This document shows positions 21,559-30,765 of a stretch of DNA of 64,000 bases, piece after piece. Position numbers and translations under genes: made by a program. Source of the stretch: Coriobacteriia bacterium (lineage in GTDB: Bacteria; Actinomycetota; Coriobacteriia; Anaerosomatales; JAAXUF01); NCBI GenBank assembly GCA_038245725.1, contig JBBRSD010000001.1, positions 224,508 through 288,507 of the forward strand, read 5' to 3'. How positions within the stretch are numbered: the first letter of the stretch is position 1; each line of letters starts with the position of its first letter. The notes beneath the pieces were generated by a model. The model was not told where the DNA came from and did not search any database. It was given only the letters and a program-made list of their open reading frames with translations.

Positions 21559-21621
21559 GAAGCGGACTTAAAATCCGCCGGGCGCAAGCTCATGTGGGTT
21601 CGACTCCCACCGCCGCTACCA
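21535..21621 (+). tRNA. tRNA-Leu (anticodon UAA), class II with long variable arm, CCA encoded
   Basis: Hand-folded. Acceptor ggcggcg/cgccgct, 3-bp D stem tcc/gga with a GG loop, anticodon stem gcgga/tccgc with loop cttaaaa, variable arm gggc-gcaa-gctc, T arm gtggg-ttcgact-cccac, then ACCA. The first 24 nt overlap the ppx 3' end. Confidence 0.85.
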
Positions 21622-21748
21622 TGCACGATCCCGCGCGCAAGGCACGTACGGAAGCCTTCGCGCTGAGCACGACGCAATGCGATACTACGACGCGGGGAAA
21701 CGACCTCGCGCGACACCGAAGTTGAGCTGAGAGGAGGCCTGAGCGCAG

Positions 21749-22402
21749 ATGGCAGATGACTCGTCGGCGCGCCTTTATCAGGCCTTCGTGAATCACGACC
21801 CGGCGGCCGCCATCAGTGTGGTCGAGCGCGCGAAGAAGAACGGCATCGCCCAGGCGCAGCTCTTCGACCAGCTCTTTGCACCCGCGATGTCGCTTCTCGG
21901 CGGGGCGTGGGCCAACGGCGGGATCGACGAGTACACCTTCACGCAAGCCTCGGTGGTCGCCGAGCAGATCACCAGCTTCGTCACGCCGCCCACCGCCGCG
22001 CAAGACACCGGCATCACCGTGCTCGTGGGCACGATGCACCACGACTTACACGAGATCGACAAGGACATCACCGCCGCGGCGCTCAAAGAAGCCGGCCACC
22101 GCGTCATCGACCTCGGCACCGACGTGCGCCCTTCCGAGTTCCTCGAACGTGCCGATGAGACCGGCGCGCGCATCGTGATCGTGTTCGCGCAGATGATGTC
22201 GACGGCGAAAAGTGTCGAGCGCGTCAAGGAGATGTTTACGGCTGGCAGGCGCGAGGACATCGTGATGTTCGTCGCAGGCGGCCCCTTCGTCGCAGACCTC
22301 GCGCTCGCCAAGGCCGTCGGCGCCAACGGCGTGTCGCGCGGCGCGGAAAGCGCGCTCAAGCTCGTCGCGAAGGCGGCTGCAAAGACCGGAGTGGCGTCGT
22401 GA
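21749..22402 (+). CDS. cobalamin (B12)-binding domain protein
   Basis: N-terminal helical cap (B12-binding_2-like, GGAWANGGIDEYTFTQASVV) plus a Rossmann domain with a degenerate DxHxxG (HHDLHEIDK) and VAGGPF. Confidence 0.6.
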   Translation: MADDSSARLYQAFVNHDPAAAISVVERAKKNGIAQAQLFDQLFAPAMSLLGGAWANGGIDEYTFTQASVVAEQITSFVTPPTAAQDTGITVLVGTMHHDLHEIDKDITAAALKEAGHRVIDLGTDVRPSEFLERADETGARIVIVFAQMMSTAKSVERVKEMFTAGRREDIVMFVAGGPFVADLALAKAVGANGVSRGAESALKLVAKAAAKTGVAS

Positions 22403-23559
22403 GCCGCAGTCACCAGTCGCTCGTCGCCGAAGCACTCGCGCGCCAGGGACACGTTGCCCCCGCGGTCGCCGCGTGCTACGAGGCGCTTCGCGTCGACGAC
22501 GCGGACCCGCTCGTACACGCGCTCTTGGCGGACCTGTTCCTCGACGGCGATTTCTACGATGAAGCGATCACGGCCGCAAGCCGAGCGATCGAGCTCGATC
22601 CGGACTGCGCGCCCGCATACCTCGCGCTTGGCCTGGCCTACGACCGCCGAGGCGGCATGTGGGACCAGTCGATCCTCGTGTGGCACGAGCTTGCCGAAGT
22701 CGTGCCGGACCTCGTGACCGCGCACGTGCAGCTCGGCGAGGCGTTTGCCGCTGCTGCGTTTCCCGAAGAGGCGATCGACGCGTGGCGCACGGCGCTCGAA
22801 CTCGATCCCACCGAACCCCGGGCGATGTACAACCTCGCGGTCGCCGCGCTCAAGCGCGAAGGCATGGCCACTGCGCTTCCTGGCTTCCGCAAGGCCGGCG
22901 AGCTCGACCCCAGCCAGGACGACTTCTTCTTCGCGCTCGCCGGCGTCTACGACGACGGCTCGCCCGCGCCTGACCCCAACGACGTTGCGCCGGACCGGGC
23001 TTCTCGGCTGGCTGCGGCGTTTGCAATTGCGTTCGAGGAGGACTTCTTTGGCGCCGCCGACCTCATCCGGCTCATCCTCGACGAAGACCCCGACGACGCC
23101 GAGACGCTCGCGCTGGCTGGCTACCTCTACCTGAAGCAGGAAGCGGTCAACGAGGCGATGGCGGTCGCGCTACGGGCGCTCGCGCTCTCGACGAAGACCC
23201 CGACCGCCGTCTACGTGCTGGGAGCCGCGTTCCACAAGCGTCCTGGCCTCAATCGCAACGCTTCCCGCGTCTTCGATGCGCTCGCGCGAGCGGTCCCCGA
23301 CGAGCCGATGCCGCACGTGCTGCTCGCCGAGTCGCTTCTCGGCCTCCAGCGATTCTCGGCGGCGAAGGCTGCCTACCAGCGAGCCATCGAGCTCGACCCG
23401 GCATGCGTTCGCGCGCGCTTCGGGCTTGCGGCCGTGTTGCTCACCGAGGGCGAGCACGCCAACGCCGCCTGGGAGGTCCGCCGCGCCGCATACCACGACA
23501 CCCGGCGCCAGGGCCTGTTCGTGCGCCTCTACGACGAGTACGCCGAGGGGAGGGGATAG
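22399..23559 (+). CDS. tetratricopeptide (TPR) repeat protein
   Basis: GTG 22399 overlaps the upstream stop. Repeated A..Y..A(L/I)ELDP modules (AIELDPDCAPAYLALG, ALELDPTEPRAMYNL, AIELDPACVRARFGL). Confidence 0.7.
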   Translation: MSRSHQSLVAEALARQGHVAPAVAACYEALRVDDADPLVHALLADLFLDGDFYDEAITAASRAIELDPDCAPAYLALGLAYDRRGGMWDQSILVWHELAEVVPDLVTAHVQLGEAFAAAAFPEEAIDAWRTALELDPTEPRAMYNLAVAALKREGMATALPGFRKAGELDPSQDDFFFALAGVYDDGSPAPDPNDVAPDRASRLAAAFAIAFEEDFFGAADLIRLILDEDPDDAETLALAGYLYLKQEAVNEAMAVALRALALSTKTPTAVYVLGAAFHKRPGLNRNASRVFDALARAVPDEPMPHVLLAESLLGLQRFSAAKAAYQRAIELDPACVRARFGLAAVLLTEGEHANAAWEVRRAAYHDTRRQGLFVRLYDEYAEGRG

Positions 23560-23560
23560 C

Positions 23561-25600
23561 ATGCCCACACGCAAGGGCGGACCGCGCCCGGCACGACAGC
23601 GCATCGCACCTCCCGAGGCGGTCGTGCCCACGCCCGAGGAGAGCGTCGCCGCGAGCATGGGCGTCACGGAAGCTGACATGCCGCAAGCCGCTGCCGCCGC
23701 CCCGGTGGTGCCGAAGGGGCCGCGGCGCAATCCGCTGTTCCCGGTCGGTGTGTCGCTCTACCCACTTGACGCTGAGTCCGCGAGCTGGGACCAGTGGTAT
23801 GCCGCAGACATGGCGCCCGACCTCGCGTTGCTCGAAGAAGCTCGCTTCGGCCTCGTTCGCGTCTTCGCGTCGTGGAAGGTACTCGAGCCGCAGGTGGGCC
23901 AGTACGACGAGGACGGACTGCAGCGGCTGCTCGATATCATCTCGGCGGCGCGGGCCAGAAAGCTCCAGACTATCGTGTGCTTCTTCGCTGACGACCGCCA
24001 TGCGGACCTCGTCGACGTGCCGTGGGGCAAGAAACGCGATCCGCGCACGGACGCCTACCTCATCCAGCGCGAGATATCGCTCGTGCAAAAGATCGTGGGC
24101 CACCTGCGCTCCGACGCCGGCGTCTTCGCCTGGCAGCTCGCCAACGAGGCGTTCCTCTCGGGATTCACCGAGAAGAGCGAGCTCGACGAGTGGACGCTGC
24201 TGCTTCGCGAAGCCGTGCGAGAGTTCGACCCCGAGCGTCCCATCACGCTCGGCATCGACGCCGAGACGTTCTTCCGCTCCACAGGTGTGGATGCGCGCGA
24301 CGCAGTTGAGGGCTGCGAGTTCGCGGTCAGCCACGTCACCGCCGCGTACCGCGCTTACGCCGCCGAGGGCCCCGTGACGTCCGGGCCGTCCACCTACCTC
24401 GAGTCGTTCCTGCTGCGCACCGCCAACCGCGGCAAGCCCGTCCTACTCGACGACGCCGGCACGCTCTCGCTCGACTTCTCACCCGCCGAGGAGGCCGCGG
24501 CGATGCGCACTTCGCTGTGGTCGGCGCTCGGTAACCGCGCGGCGGGCGTACTCGCGCGCCGGTTGCGTGACATGGCGACAGACCGGCGCGAGCCGTACTT
24601 CCTCGACCCGTACGAGACACTCGTGGGGCTGTCCACCGTCGACCGCGCGCTCAAGCCGTCCTTCGCCGAGGCGGGCCGCTTCGTCCGTGCCGCCGCGCGC
24701 ATCGACCTGAAGGCGTTCGCGCAAACACCCGAGCGCACGGCCGTCGTCATCCCTGCCGAGCGCTTCAACCCGCTGCCCGATCTCGCGTCGCTCTTTGACG
24801 CGCGCTCCTGCCTGACCGCGTTCATCGGTGCGAAGCACGCTCATCTGCCGGTCGCGGTCGCGCAGGAGGCCGACGACTTCTCGGCGTACTCGGTGTTACT
24901 CGTCCCAAGCGCCTTCAACTTCGCCGACGAGACCTGGGAGCGGCTCAGCACCTTCGTGCAGGGCGGCGGTTCGCTGCTGCTGTCCTACGGCGGCGGAGAT
25001 GCGCACCCGGCGATACGCGAGCTGTTCGGCGTGGAGTTCCGCGGCGACGGCGGCCCGCGGTCACAGCTCTCGTGCCGCGTGGCCCAGGAGGACATGCTCG
25101 GCGCGCTGGAGAGCTTCGACGCGAACTTCGAGGTCTCGAACTACGCCTTGCTTTCCGGCGGGACGGCCACGATCGTCGCCACCGACGCGAACGGCAGCCC
25201 GCTGCTCACCGTCAATGCCGTGGGCCAGGGCCGTGCGGTCTACGTCGCGGTGCCGCTCGAACGCGCCATCGCGCAGGGCGACCCGTGGGCGACGCCGGCC
25301 CCGGTGCGCAAGCTGCTGAGCGAGGTGTACGGCGCTGTGGCCCGAGCGGCCGGTTGCGGTGCCCCGGTGGGCTGCGATGTCCCCGAGGTCGAGGTCGTGC
25401 TCTTCCAGGGCGAGACCGAAGACATCCTGCTCCTCATCAATCACACCGCAGAGCACGTCAAGCCGAACATCACCACGGATCGCCGCATCGCCGCGATCTC
25501 CGATGTGCGCGGAGGTTCTCCGGTCGCCGTGGGCGGCGCCGCGTTCGGCGTGACGCTCGAGCCCAATGGCGCGCTCGCGTTGCGCCTCACCTATGCGTGA
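23561..25600 (+). CDS. GH42-like glycoside hydrolase family protein (TIM barrel plus trimerisation-like domain)
   Basis: ATG 23561 lies 1 nt after the TPR stop. FASWKVLEPQVGQYDEDGL, WQLANEAF (NE catalytic-type motif) and a central GATase-like segment LLVPSAFNFADETWERLSTFVQGGGSLLLSYG. Substrate unknown. Confidence 0.6.
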   Translation: MPTRKGGPRPARQRIAPPEAVVPTPEESVAASMGVTEADMPQAAAAAPVVPKGPRRNPLFPVGVSLYPLDAESASWDQWYAADMAPDLALLEEARFGLVRVFASWKVLEPQVGQYDEDGLQRLLDIISAARARKLQTIVCFFADDRHADLVDVPWGKKRDPRTDAYLIQREISLVQKIVGHLRSDAGVFAWQLANEAFLSGFTEKSELDEWTLLLREAVREFDPERPITLGIDAETFFRSTGVDARDAVEGCEFAVSHVTAAYRAYAAEGPVTSGPSTYLESFLLRTANRGKPVLLDDAGTLSLDFSPAEEAAAMRTSLWSALGNRAAGVLARRLRDMATDRREPYFLDPYETLVGLSTVDRALKPSFAEAGRFVRAAARIDLKAFAQTPERTAVVIPAERFNPLPDLASLFDARSCLTAFIGAKHAHLPVAVAQEADDFSAYSVLLVPSAFNFADETWERLSTFVQGGGSLLLSYGGGDAHPAIRELFGVEFRGDGGPRSQLSCRVAQEDMLGALESFDANFEVSNYALLSGGTATIVATDANGSPLLTVNAVGQGRAVYVAVPLERAIAQGDPWATPAPVRKLLSEVYGAVARAAGCGAPVGCDVPEVEVVLFQGETEDILLLINHTAEHVKPNITTDRRIAAISDVRGGSPVAVGGAAFGVTLEPNGALALRLTYA

Positions 25601-25684
25601 CGCTATTGGCGCGTGCGATGCTCGGGTTGTGTTAGGCAACGCCCATGCCTATATTCGTCGTGACCCGAATGGAGATTCTGCTAC

Positions 25685-26269
25685 ATGACTCAGACGGATC
25701 AGTCTAGGGAAAGCGTTCGCGACCGCATTCTGAGTGCCTCGCTCAGCCTGTTCGTGGGCAAGGGCTTCCACTCCACCTCGATTCCGGACATCGTCGCGGC
25801 ATCGGGTACCAGCATCGGGGCTGTGTATCACCATTTCGGCAGCAAAGACGAACTCGCCCGCGTGCTACACAGGCAACTCGTCGACCAGTTCGTGGCCTTG
25901 TCCTCCGAGAAGGTCCTGTCGCTGCCCACGGCACGTGAACGTGTGTACGGGTATGTCGACATGTTCTTCAAGCTGACCGAAACCGACCCCGAATTCGTGT
26001 CGTACCTGATCTACACCCGTCCGAAGTCAGCCGTCGAAGACAATCTCACGGTCTGTTCTCGCGAGGGACTCGAAGTCACGCGACACATCATCGTCGATGG
26101 CATCTCGTCGGGGGAGTTGCGAGACATCGACGTGCGCGTGCTGTGTGGACTCATCTCCGGCACCATCATGCGCATGATCGACCTGCGGCTTGACCGCGTG
26201 ATTCCCGAGCCGCTGACCGGGATGATCGATGATACGGCAGCGTGCATCTGGGCGGGCATGAAGTCCTAG
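25685..26269 (+). CDS. TetR/AcrR family transcriptional regulator
   Basis: N-terminal HTH: RDRILSASLSLFVGKGFHSTSIPDIVAASGTSIGAVYHHFGSKDEL. Confidence 0.9.
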   Translation: MTQTDQSRESVRDRILSASLSLFVGKGFHSTSIPDIVAASGTSIGAVYHHFGSKDELARVLHRQLVDQFVALSSEKVLSLPTARERVYGYVDMFFKLTETDPEFVSYLIYTRPKSAVEDNLTVCSREGLEVTRHIIVDGISSGELRDIDVRVLCGLISGTIMRMIDLRLDRVIPEPLTGMIDDTAACIWAGMKS

Positions 26270-26315
26270 CACGGCACTCCCTCCGTCGTGAAGCTTAAGA
26301 ACCCTTGCGCTTCCG

Positions 26316-26362
26316 GAACAGAACGACTATTCTTTCTGCTAGAACAGAACGACCATTCGTTC
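26316..26362. promoter_or_regulatory. two candidate TetR operator sites upstream of the FAD/Fe-S oxidase gene
   Basis: A 17-nt direct repeat, gaacagaacgacNattc, occurs at 26316-26332 and 26342-26358. The second copy contains the perfect inverted repeat GAACGAccatTCGTTC (26347-26362); the first has one mismatch. Confidence 0.4.
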
Positions 26363-26402
26363 GGTTGAAGTGCCGAACATCCGGATCGCAGGAGGACCAA
26401 CG

Positions 26403-29075
26403 ATGCTTGAGCCCATCAAGAAGCTCTTTGGAGATCGCGCAAGCGACGATGCGCTACGTCGATTCGTCTATGGCCACGATATGGGAGCGCTTCCGGACAC
26501 AATCGGCAGGTTCATCGACAACGTGCCCGGTTTGGTCGTGCAGCCGGTGTCGGAAGATGAGGTCATCGCGCTTGTGAACTTCGCACGATCGACAGGGACA
26601 CCGATCGTGCCCCGCGGGGCCGCCACCGCTGGCTTCGGCGGGAGTGTACCGGCCAAGAGCGGCATTGTTGCGGATTTCGTTCGAATGAACGGCATCGTTG
26701 GCGTCGACCCCACGAGCTTCTCGGTGACCGTCGAACCGGGCGTTGTGTGGGCCGATCTCGAGAAGGCGCTTGATGCGCACGGTCGTAGGCTTCCGGTCTA
26801 CCCGACGAGTGCGCTGTCGGCCACGGTTGGCGGGTGGGTCGCGCAGGGCGGCGCCGGTATCGGGAGCCGCGGAAAAGGCGATTTGCTCGAAAACATCGTG
26901 TCCGTGCGCGCGGTGCTGGGCAGCGGTGACGTCAAGGAGTTCTCGGGGGAGGACCTTCACCTCGTCTACGCGATGGAAGGGATCACCGGCGTCATCACTA
27001 GTGTCACGTTGGCCACGCTGCCGAGCGCCGAGATAGTCGCCTGGCTCTACGCTTTCCCCTCGGCGATCACTGCGCAGGCGTTCGCGGCCGCAACTGGCGA
27101 CGTGAGCATCTGGCACCTGAACGTCCAACCGCCGCACTTCGTCGCCCTCAAGAACCGCGCGACGGGTGGGAGTCTGCCTGAGGAGTGGCTCGCGTTGGTT
27201 GCGTTTCCCGCGTCAGACTCGACGGATGCGGCGGTCGAGCACTTGGCAGCCGCAAACAACGGCCGGAGGTTGTCGGCAAGCGATGGTGCTCACGAGTGGG
27301 GGGAGCGCTTCTACCCCCTGCGCGGCAAGAAGTTCGGTCCGTCGATCATCGCCACCGATGTGGTGATTCCCGCCGATAGGCTCGCCGAGTTCTCGGCCAA
27401 GATCGCGGCCAAGTTCGGTGACGAACTCATCTTCGAGGCCACCGCGGTCGGCATGCGCGAGTACGCGATCATCGGATTCATGCTTGCCGACGAGCGCAAG
27501 CTCAGCTTCGTCATGCTGTTCGCCAACTCGCTTGTGGTCAACGAGATCGCAAAGAAGGTGGGCGGTCGCGCGTTCGCGAGCGGCATGTACCTGACGACCG
27601 AATCCGAGGCGATCTACGGCCGCGAGGTGCTCGAGCGAGTTGTCGTATTCAAGCGGGAGACGGACCCCGCCGGCATCCTGAATCCCGGTAAGGTGCTCCC
27701 AATCAAATACGACCCCAACTCCCCGGTCAAGCGCATCGCTCGCGCCGTCGGTTCGGCGCGGGGGGTGTCGGGAATCGGCGGCGCTCTGGGCCGCGTGATG
27801 ACCGGTGACGGTAAGGCGAAGAAGATTTCCGACCTGCCCAACGACATGGAGAACGGCGCCTTCGCCTGCGCAAGCTGCGGATTCTGTCGCGGCGTGTGCA
27901 CGGTCTTCGCGCCCGATCCGTGGGAAGACAATTCGCCGCGCGGCAAGTGGTACATGCTCAAGGAGTACGCGAAGGGCAATCTCGAGTTCGACCAGACCAT
28001 GGCCACCAAGATCAACCTGTGCACCACCTGCAAGCGCTGCGATACCGTCTGCGAAGTCTCGCTGCACATGGCGCACGAGTTCATGGGTGTGAAGCCCTAC
28101 CTGCTCGACGCCAAGGCGTTCGAGAACACGGGCCTGGCCGACGTGCGCACCAACGTGATGACGACCGGCAACTTCTGGGGCGCCCCCGCCGAGGGCACCG
28201 AGTGGCGCACCGACGACATGCGCTTCTCGGAGGACAGTGGGGTCGGCTACTGGCCTGGCTGCTGGTCGAGCGTCGTCACCAAGAACGCCCCGCAGAACGC
28301 CGTCCACCTCATGAACGCCGCGGGCATCGAGCCCGTCTATCTCGGCGACGAGCAGACCTGCTGCGGCCTCTACCACGCGCTCGGCGGATATGCCGACGAC
28401 TTCACGAAGCGGGTGAAGGATAACCTCGAGCTGATGAACCGCCGGGGCATCAAGACAATCATCACCTCGTGTCCCGGTTGTTTTGCGACGTTCACGGAGA
28501 ACTACAAGAGCGTGGCCGATGAACTCGGCATCCTGTGTGACATCGAGTTCAAGCACGTGGTGGTCTATCTCAGCGAGCTCGTTGAGCAGGGGAAGCTCGT
28601 TTTCCCCGCCGGCGATCCGATCAGCGTCACCTACCACGACTCGTGCCACCTGGGTCGCTGGTTCGGCAAGTACGAAGAGCCACGACGCGTTCTCGCGGCC
28701 ATGCCGAATCTGAATCTGCTCGAGATGGATCACAGCCGCGAAGAGGCGTTGTGTTGCGGCCTTGTGGGCGCGTTCTACCACCTGCCAACGGTTCAGCACT
28801 CGGCCGTCACGCGTGTGACCGAGGCCGAGAAGACGGGTGCGCAATACCTTGTCACCAACTGCGCCGGCTGTGCCTCACAGTTCAACGCCGCGACTAACGC
28901 GATGGGCACCACAATCAAGCAGAAGGATCTGACGGATCTTGCTGCCGAGGCTCTGGGGTACGAGGTGTACGACCCGACGGAGGCGATCGCTGGTGCCATG
29001 CAGGGTGCCGTGCAGATGCTCTCGGGATCGGTGACCGCACCGCGCAAGTGCGACATGTGCGGTGCCTGCGAATAG
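26403..29075 (+). CDS. fusion of FAD-linked oxidase (GlcD-like) and Fe-S/CCG-domain (GlcF-like) oxidoreductase
   Basis: ATG 26403 follows RBS caggagga. FAD_binding_4 region (PRGAATAGFGGSVP), two 4Fe-4S motifs (CASCGFCRGVC, CTTCKRCDTVC) and two CCG-type Cys-rich repeats (CCGL ... CPGC, CCGL ... CAGC). Confidence 0.85.
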   Translation: MLEPIKKLFGDRASDDALRRFVYGHDMGALPDTIGRFIDNVPGLVVQPVSEDEVIALVNFARSTGTPIVPRGAATAGFGGSVPAKSGIVADFVRMNGIVGVDPTSFSVTVEPGVVWADLEKALDAHGRRLPVYPTSALSATVGGWVAQGGAGIGSRGKGDLLENIVSVRAVLGSGDVKEFSGEDLHLVYAMEGITGVITSVTLATLPSAEIVAWLYAFPSAITAQAFAAATGDVSIWHLNVQPPHFVALKNRATGGSLPEEWLALVAFPASDSTDAAVEHLAAANNGRRLSASDGAHEWGERFYPLRGKKFGPSIIATDVVIPADRLAEFSAKIAAKFGDELIFEATAVGMREYAIIGFMLADERKLSFVMLFANSLVVNEIAKKVGGRAFASGMYLTTESEAIYGREVLERVVVFKRETDPAGILNPGKVLPIKYDPNSPVKRIARAVGSARGVSGIGGALGRVMTGDGKAKKISDLPNDMENGAFACASCGFCRGVCTVFAPDPWEDNSPRGKWYMLKEYAKGNLEFDQTMATKINLCTTCKRCDTVCEVSLHMAHEFMGVKPYLLDAKAFENTGLADVRTNVMTTGNFWGAPAEGTEWRTDDMRFSEDSGVGYWPGCWSSVVTKNAPQNAVHLMNAAGIEPVYLGDEQTCCGLYHALGGYADDFTKRVKDNLELMNRRGIKTIITSCPGCFATFTENYKSVADELGILCDIEFKHVVVYLSELVEQGKLVFPAGDPISVTYHDSCHLGRWFGKYEEPRRVLAAMPNLNLLEMDHSREEALCCGLVGAFYHLPTVQHSAVTRVTEAEKTGAQYLVTNCAGCASQFNAATNAMGTTIKQKDLTDLAAEALGYEVYDPTEAIAGAMQGAVQMLSGSVTAPRKCDMCGACE

Positions 29076-29097
29076 TCCCCGTCCGCCCAACAACGAC

Positions 29098-29128
29098 GGG
29101 AGGCGGGCCTGATCCGGGTCCGCCTCCC
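29098..29128 (+). terminator. candidate hairpin terminator after the oxidase gene
   Basis: Stem gggaggcgg / ccgcctccc (9 bp, with further imperfect pairing inside) 23 nt after the stop, followed by a C/T-rich tract. No clean U-run. Confidence 0.35.
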
Positions 29129-29262
29129 TCCTCATTCTGCGCCATAGCGTGGTGCGATCGCGGTGTTCTCAGCTCAGCGGCGTGTGCGGTTGATGGTATT
29201 CTGGCCAGGCGACTCGTGTCTGCGCGCTGTCGAACTTCGTCGTGCGAGGGAGGTGACCCCGA

Positions 29263-30303
29263 ATGGCCGAGCAGGTACGCCTCACACAGCTCTCCAGCAA
29301 GGCTGGTTGAGCGGCGAAATGGGGTCCGGCGGACCTCAAGGCCGTTCTCGACCATATCGCGCCCGGTGAATCCGACGCGCTCCTCCTCGGCTTCGAGACG
29401 AACGACGACGCGGCGGTCTACCAGCTCACGCCTGACATCGCGACGCTGCTGACCGTCGACTTCTTCACGCCCATCGTCGACGACCCGTACGACTTCGGCC
29501 GCATCGCCGCGGCCAACTCGCTCTCCGACATCTACGCGATGGGGGGTCGTCCGCTCACCGCGATGAACCTGCTCGCGTTCCCGTGCTCGCTCGGTCCCGA
29601 CATCGTGGGCGAGGTGGTCCGCGGAGGCGCCGAGAAGGTCGCCGAGGCAGGCGCGGTCACCGTGGGTGGCCACACCATCGACGACAAGGAGCCGAAGTTC
29701 GGGCTGTCGGTGATGGGCGTCGTGCATCCGGATCGTGTGATCCGCAACCGTGGCGCTCAGGCCGGCGACTCGATCGTGCTCACGAAGCCGATCGGCACCG
29801 GAATCATCGGCACCGCGCTGCGCGCCGGCCACGAGACCGAGGAGACCGCGCGCGACGTCATCGAGTCGATGGCGGCGCTCAACCGGCTCGCAGCCGAGGC
29901 GATGGTGGAGGTGGGTGTGCGCGCGGCGACCGACGTCACCGGCTTCGGGCTGCTGGGGCACATGCACGAGATGGCGGAGGCCAGCGGCGTTGCCGCGCGA
30001 ATCATCGCTGTCGAGGTACCGGTCTTCGACCGCGTCTTCGAGTACGCCGAGCAAGGTGTCGTGCCCGGCCGGACGGCTGACGTGATCGAATGGGTCAGCG
30101 ACTTCGTCACGTGGAGCTGGAAGATCGATGCCGAGAAGTGGTTGCCGGTGCTGTGCGACCCCCAGACAAGCGGGGGGCTGCTCATCGCGGTGGCGCCGGA
30201 GCGAGCGTTGCAGCTCGTGGAAACGCTCGAGTCGCATTGCCAGCTTGCGGCTGTGATCGGCCAGTTCGAGGTGGGGGACGCAGGGGCTGTGCGGGTGGGG
30301 TAG
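29263..30303 (+). CDS. selD: selenide, water dikinase (selenophosphate synthetase), selenocysteine-containing form
   Basis: ATG 29263 follows RBS gagggaggtga. Reads MAEQVRLTQLSSKAG-UGA(29308-29310)-AAKWGPADL and continues in frame into track ORF 29539..30303 (GGHTIDD, PurM-like fold). The UGA sits where E. coli SelD has its N-terminal Gly-rich loop cysteines. Confidence 0.9.
29320..29338 (+). other. candidate bacterial SECIS hairpin for the selD UGA
   Basis: An 8-bp stem tggggtcc / ggacctca (one G-T wobble) with a G-rich apical loop ggc. It starts 9 nt after the UGA. Confidence 0.45.
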
Positions 30304-30381
30304 GCGGGCGGCGGCCGTACCGGGATTGCGCCGAGATTTCACCGCACCGGCTTCTTTGCAACTCCCTAGGATAAGAAGGAG

Positions 30382-30726
30382 ATGGAGAGCAAGATGGCTA
30401 TTTGGCAAACAGCCGCATCCTCCGCGACTATTATTGGAATCTTCGTCCAACTCATGTGGGTGGGGCGCTGGGCGCGGCAGTGGGTCGAGCGCGGCGGCAA
30501 GGGGAGAGTCGTTCGTTATTTTCGAGACAATGTCGTAATGGCGTTGCCTATGGCCATCGGATTGATTGTGCTGGATGCGGCGATCGCGGAAGGCGGCTTG
30601 ACGTCGGCCGCCGTCCTTTCTTCCGTAGCGAATGCGGTGCTTTTGTCATCGTTTGCCAATCTGGTGTTGTACGCGCCGTACTTCATTTGGGTCGCTCGGC
30701 GGCGCAACTCGCGGGACCAAGCTTGA
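30382..30726 (+). CDS. small hypothetical membrane protein
   Basis: 114 aa with 3 predicted TM helices. It lies in an AT-richer segment and has RBS aaggag 5-6 nt upstream. Confidence 0.4.
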   Translation: MESKMAIWQTAASSATIIGIFVQLMWVGRWARQWVERGGKGRVVRYFRDNVVMALPMAIGLIVLDAAIAEGGLTSAAVLSSVANAVLLSSFANLVLYAPYFIWVARRRNSRDQA

Positions 30727-30765
30727 TACCACCGGGCAATCCGCTGAACCCGCTTTGTCTAGTGA

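Noticed and set aside
27213-30450. Minus-strand ORFs 27213..28844 (543 aa) and 28915..30450 (511 aa)
   Set aside because: They are antisense to the GlcD-GlcF fusion and to selD respectively, and carry no motifs.
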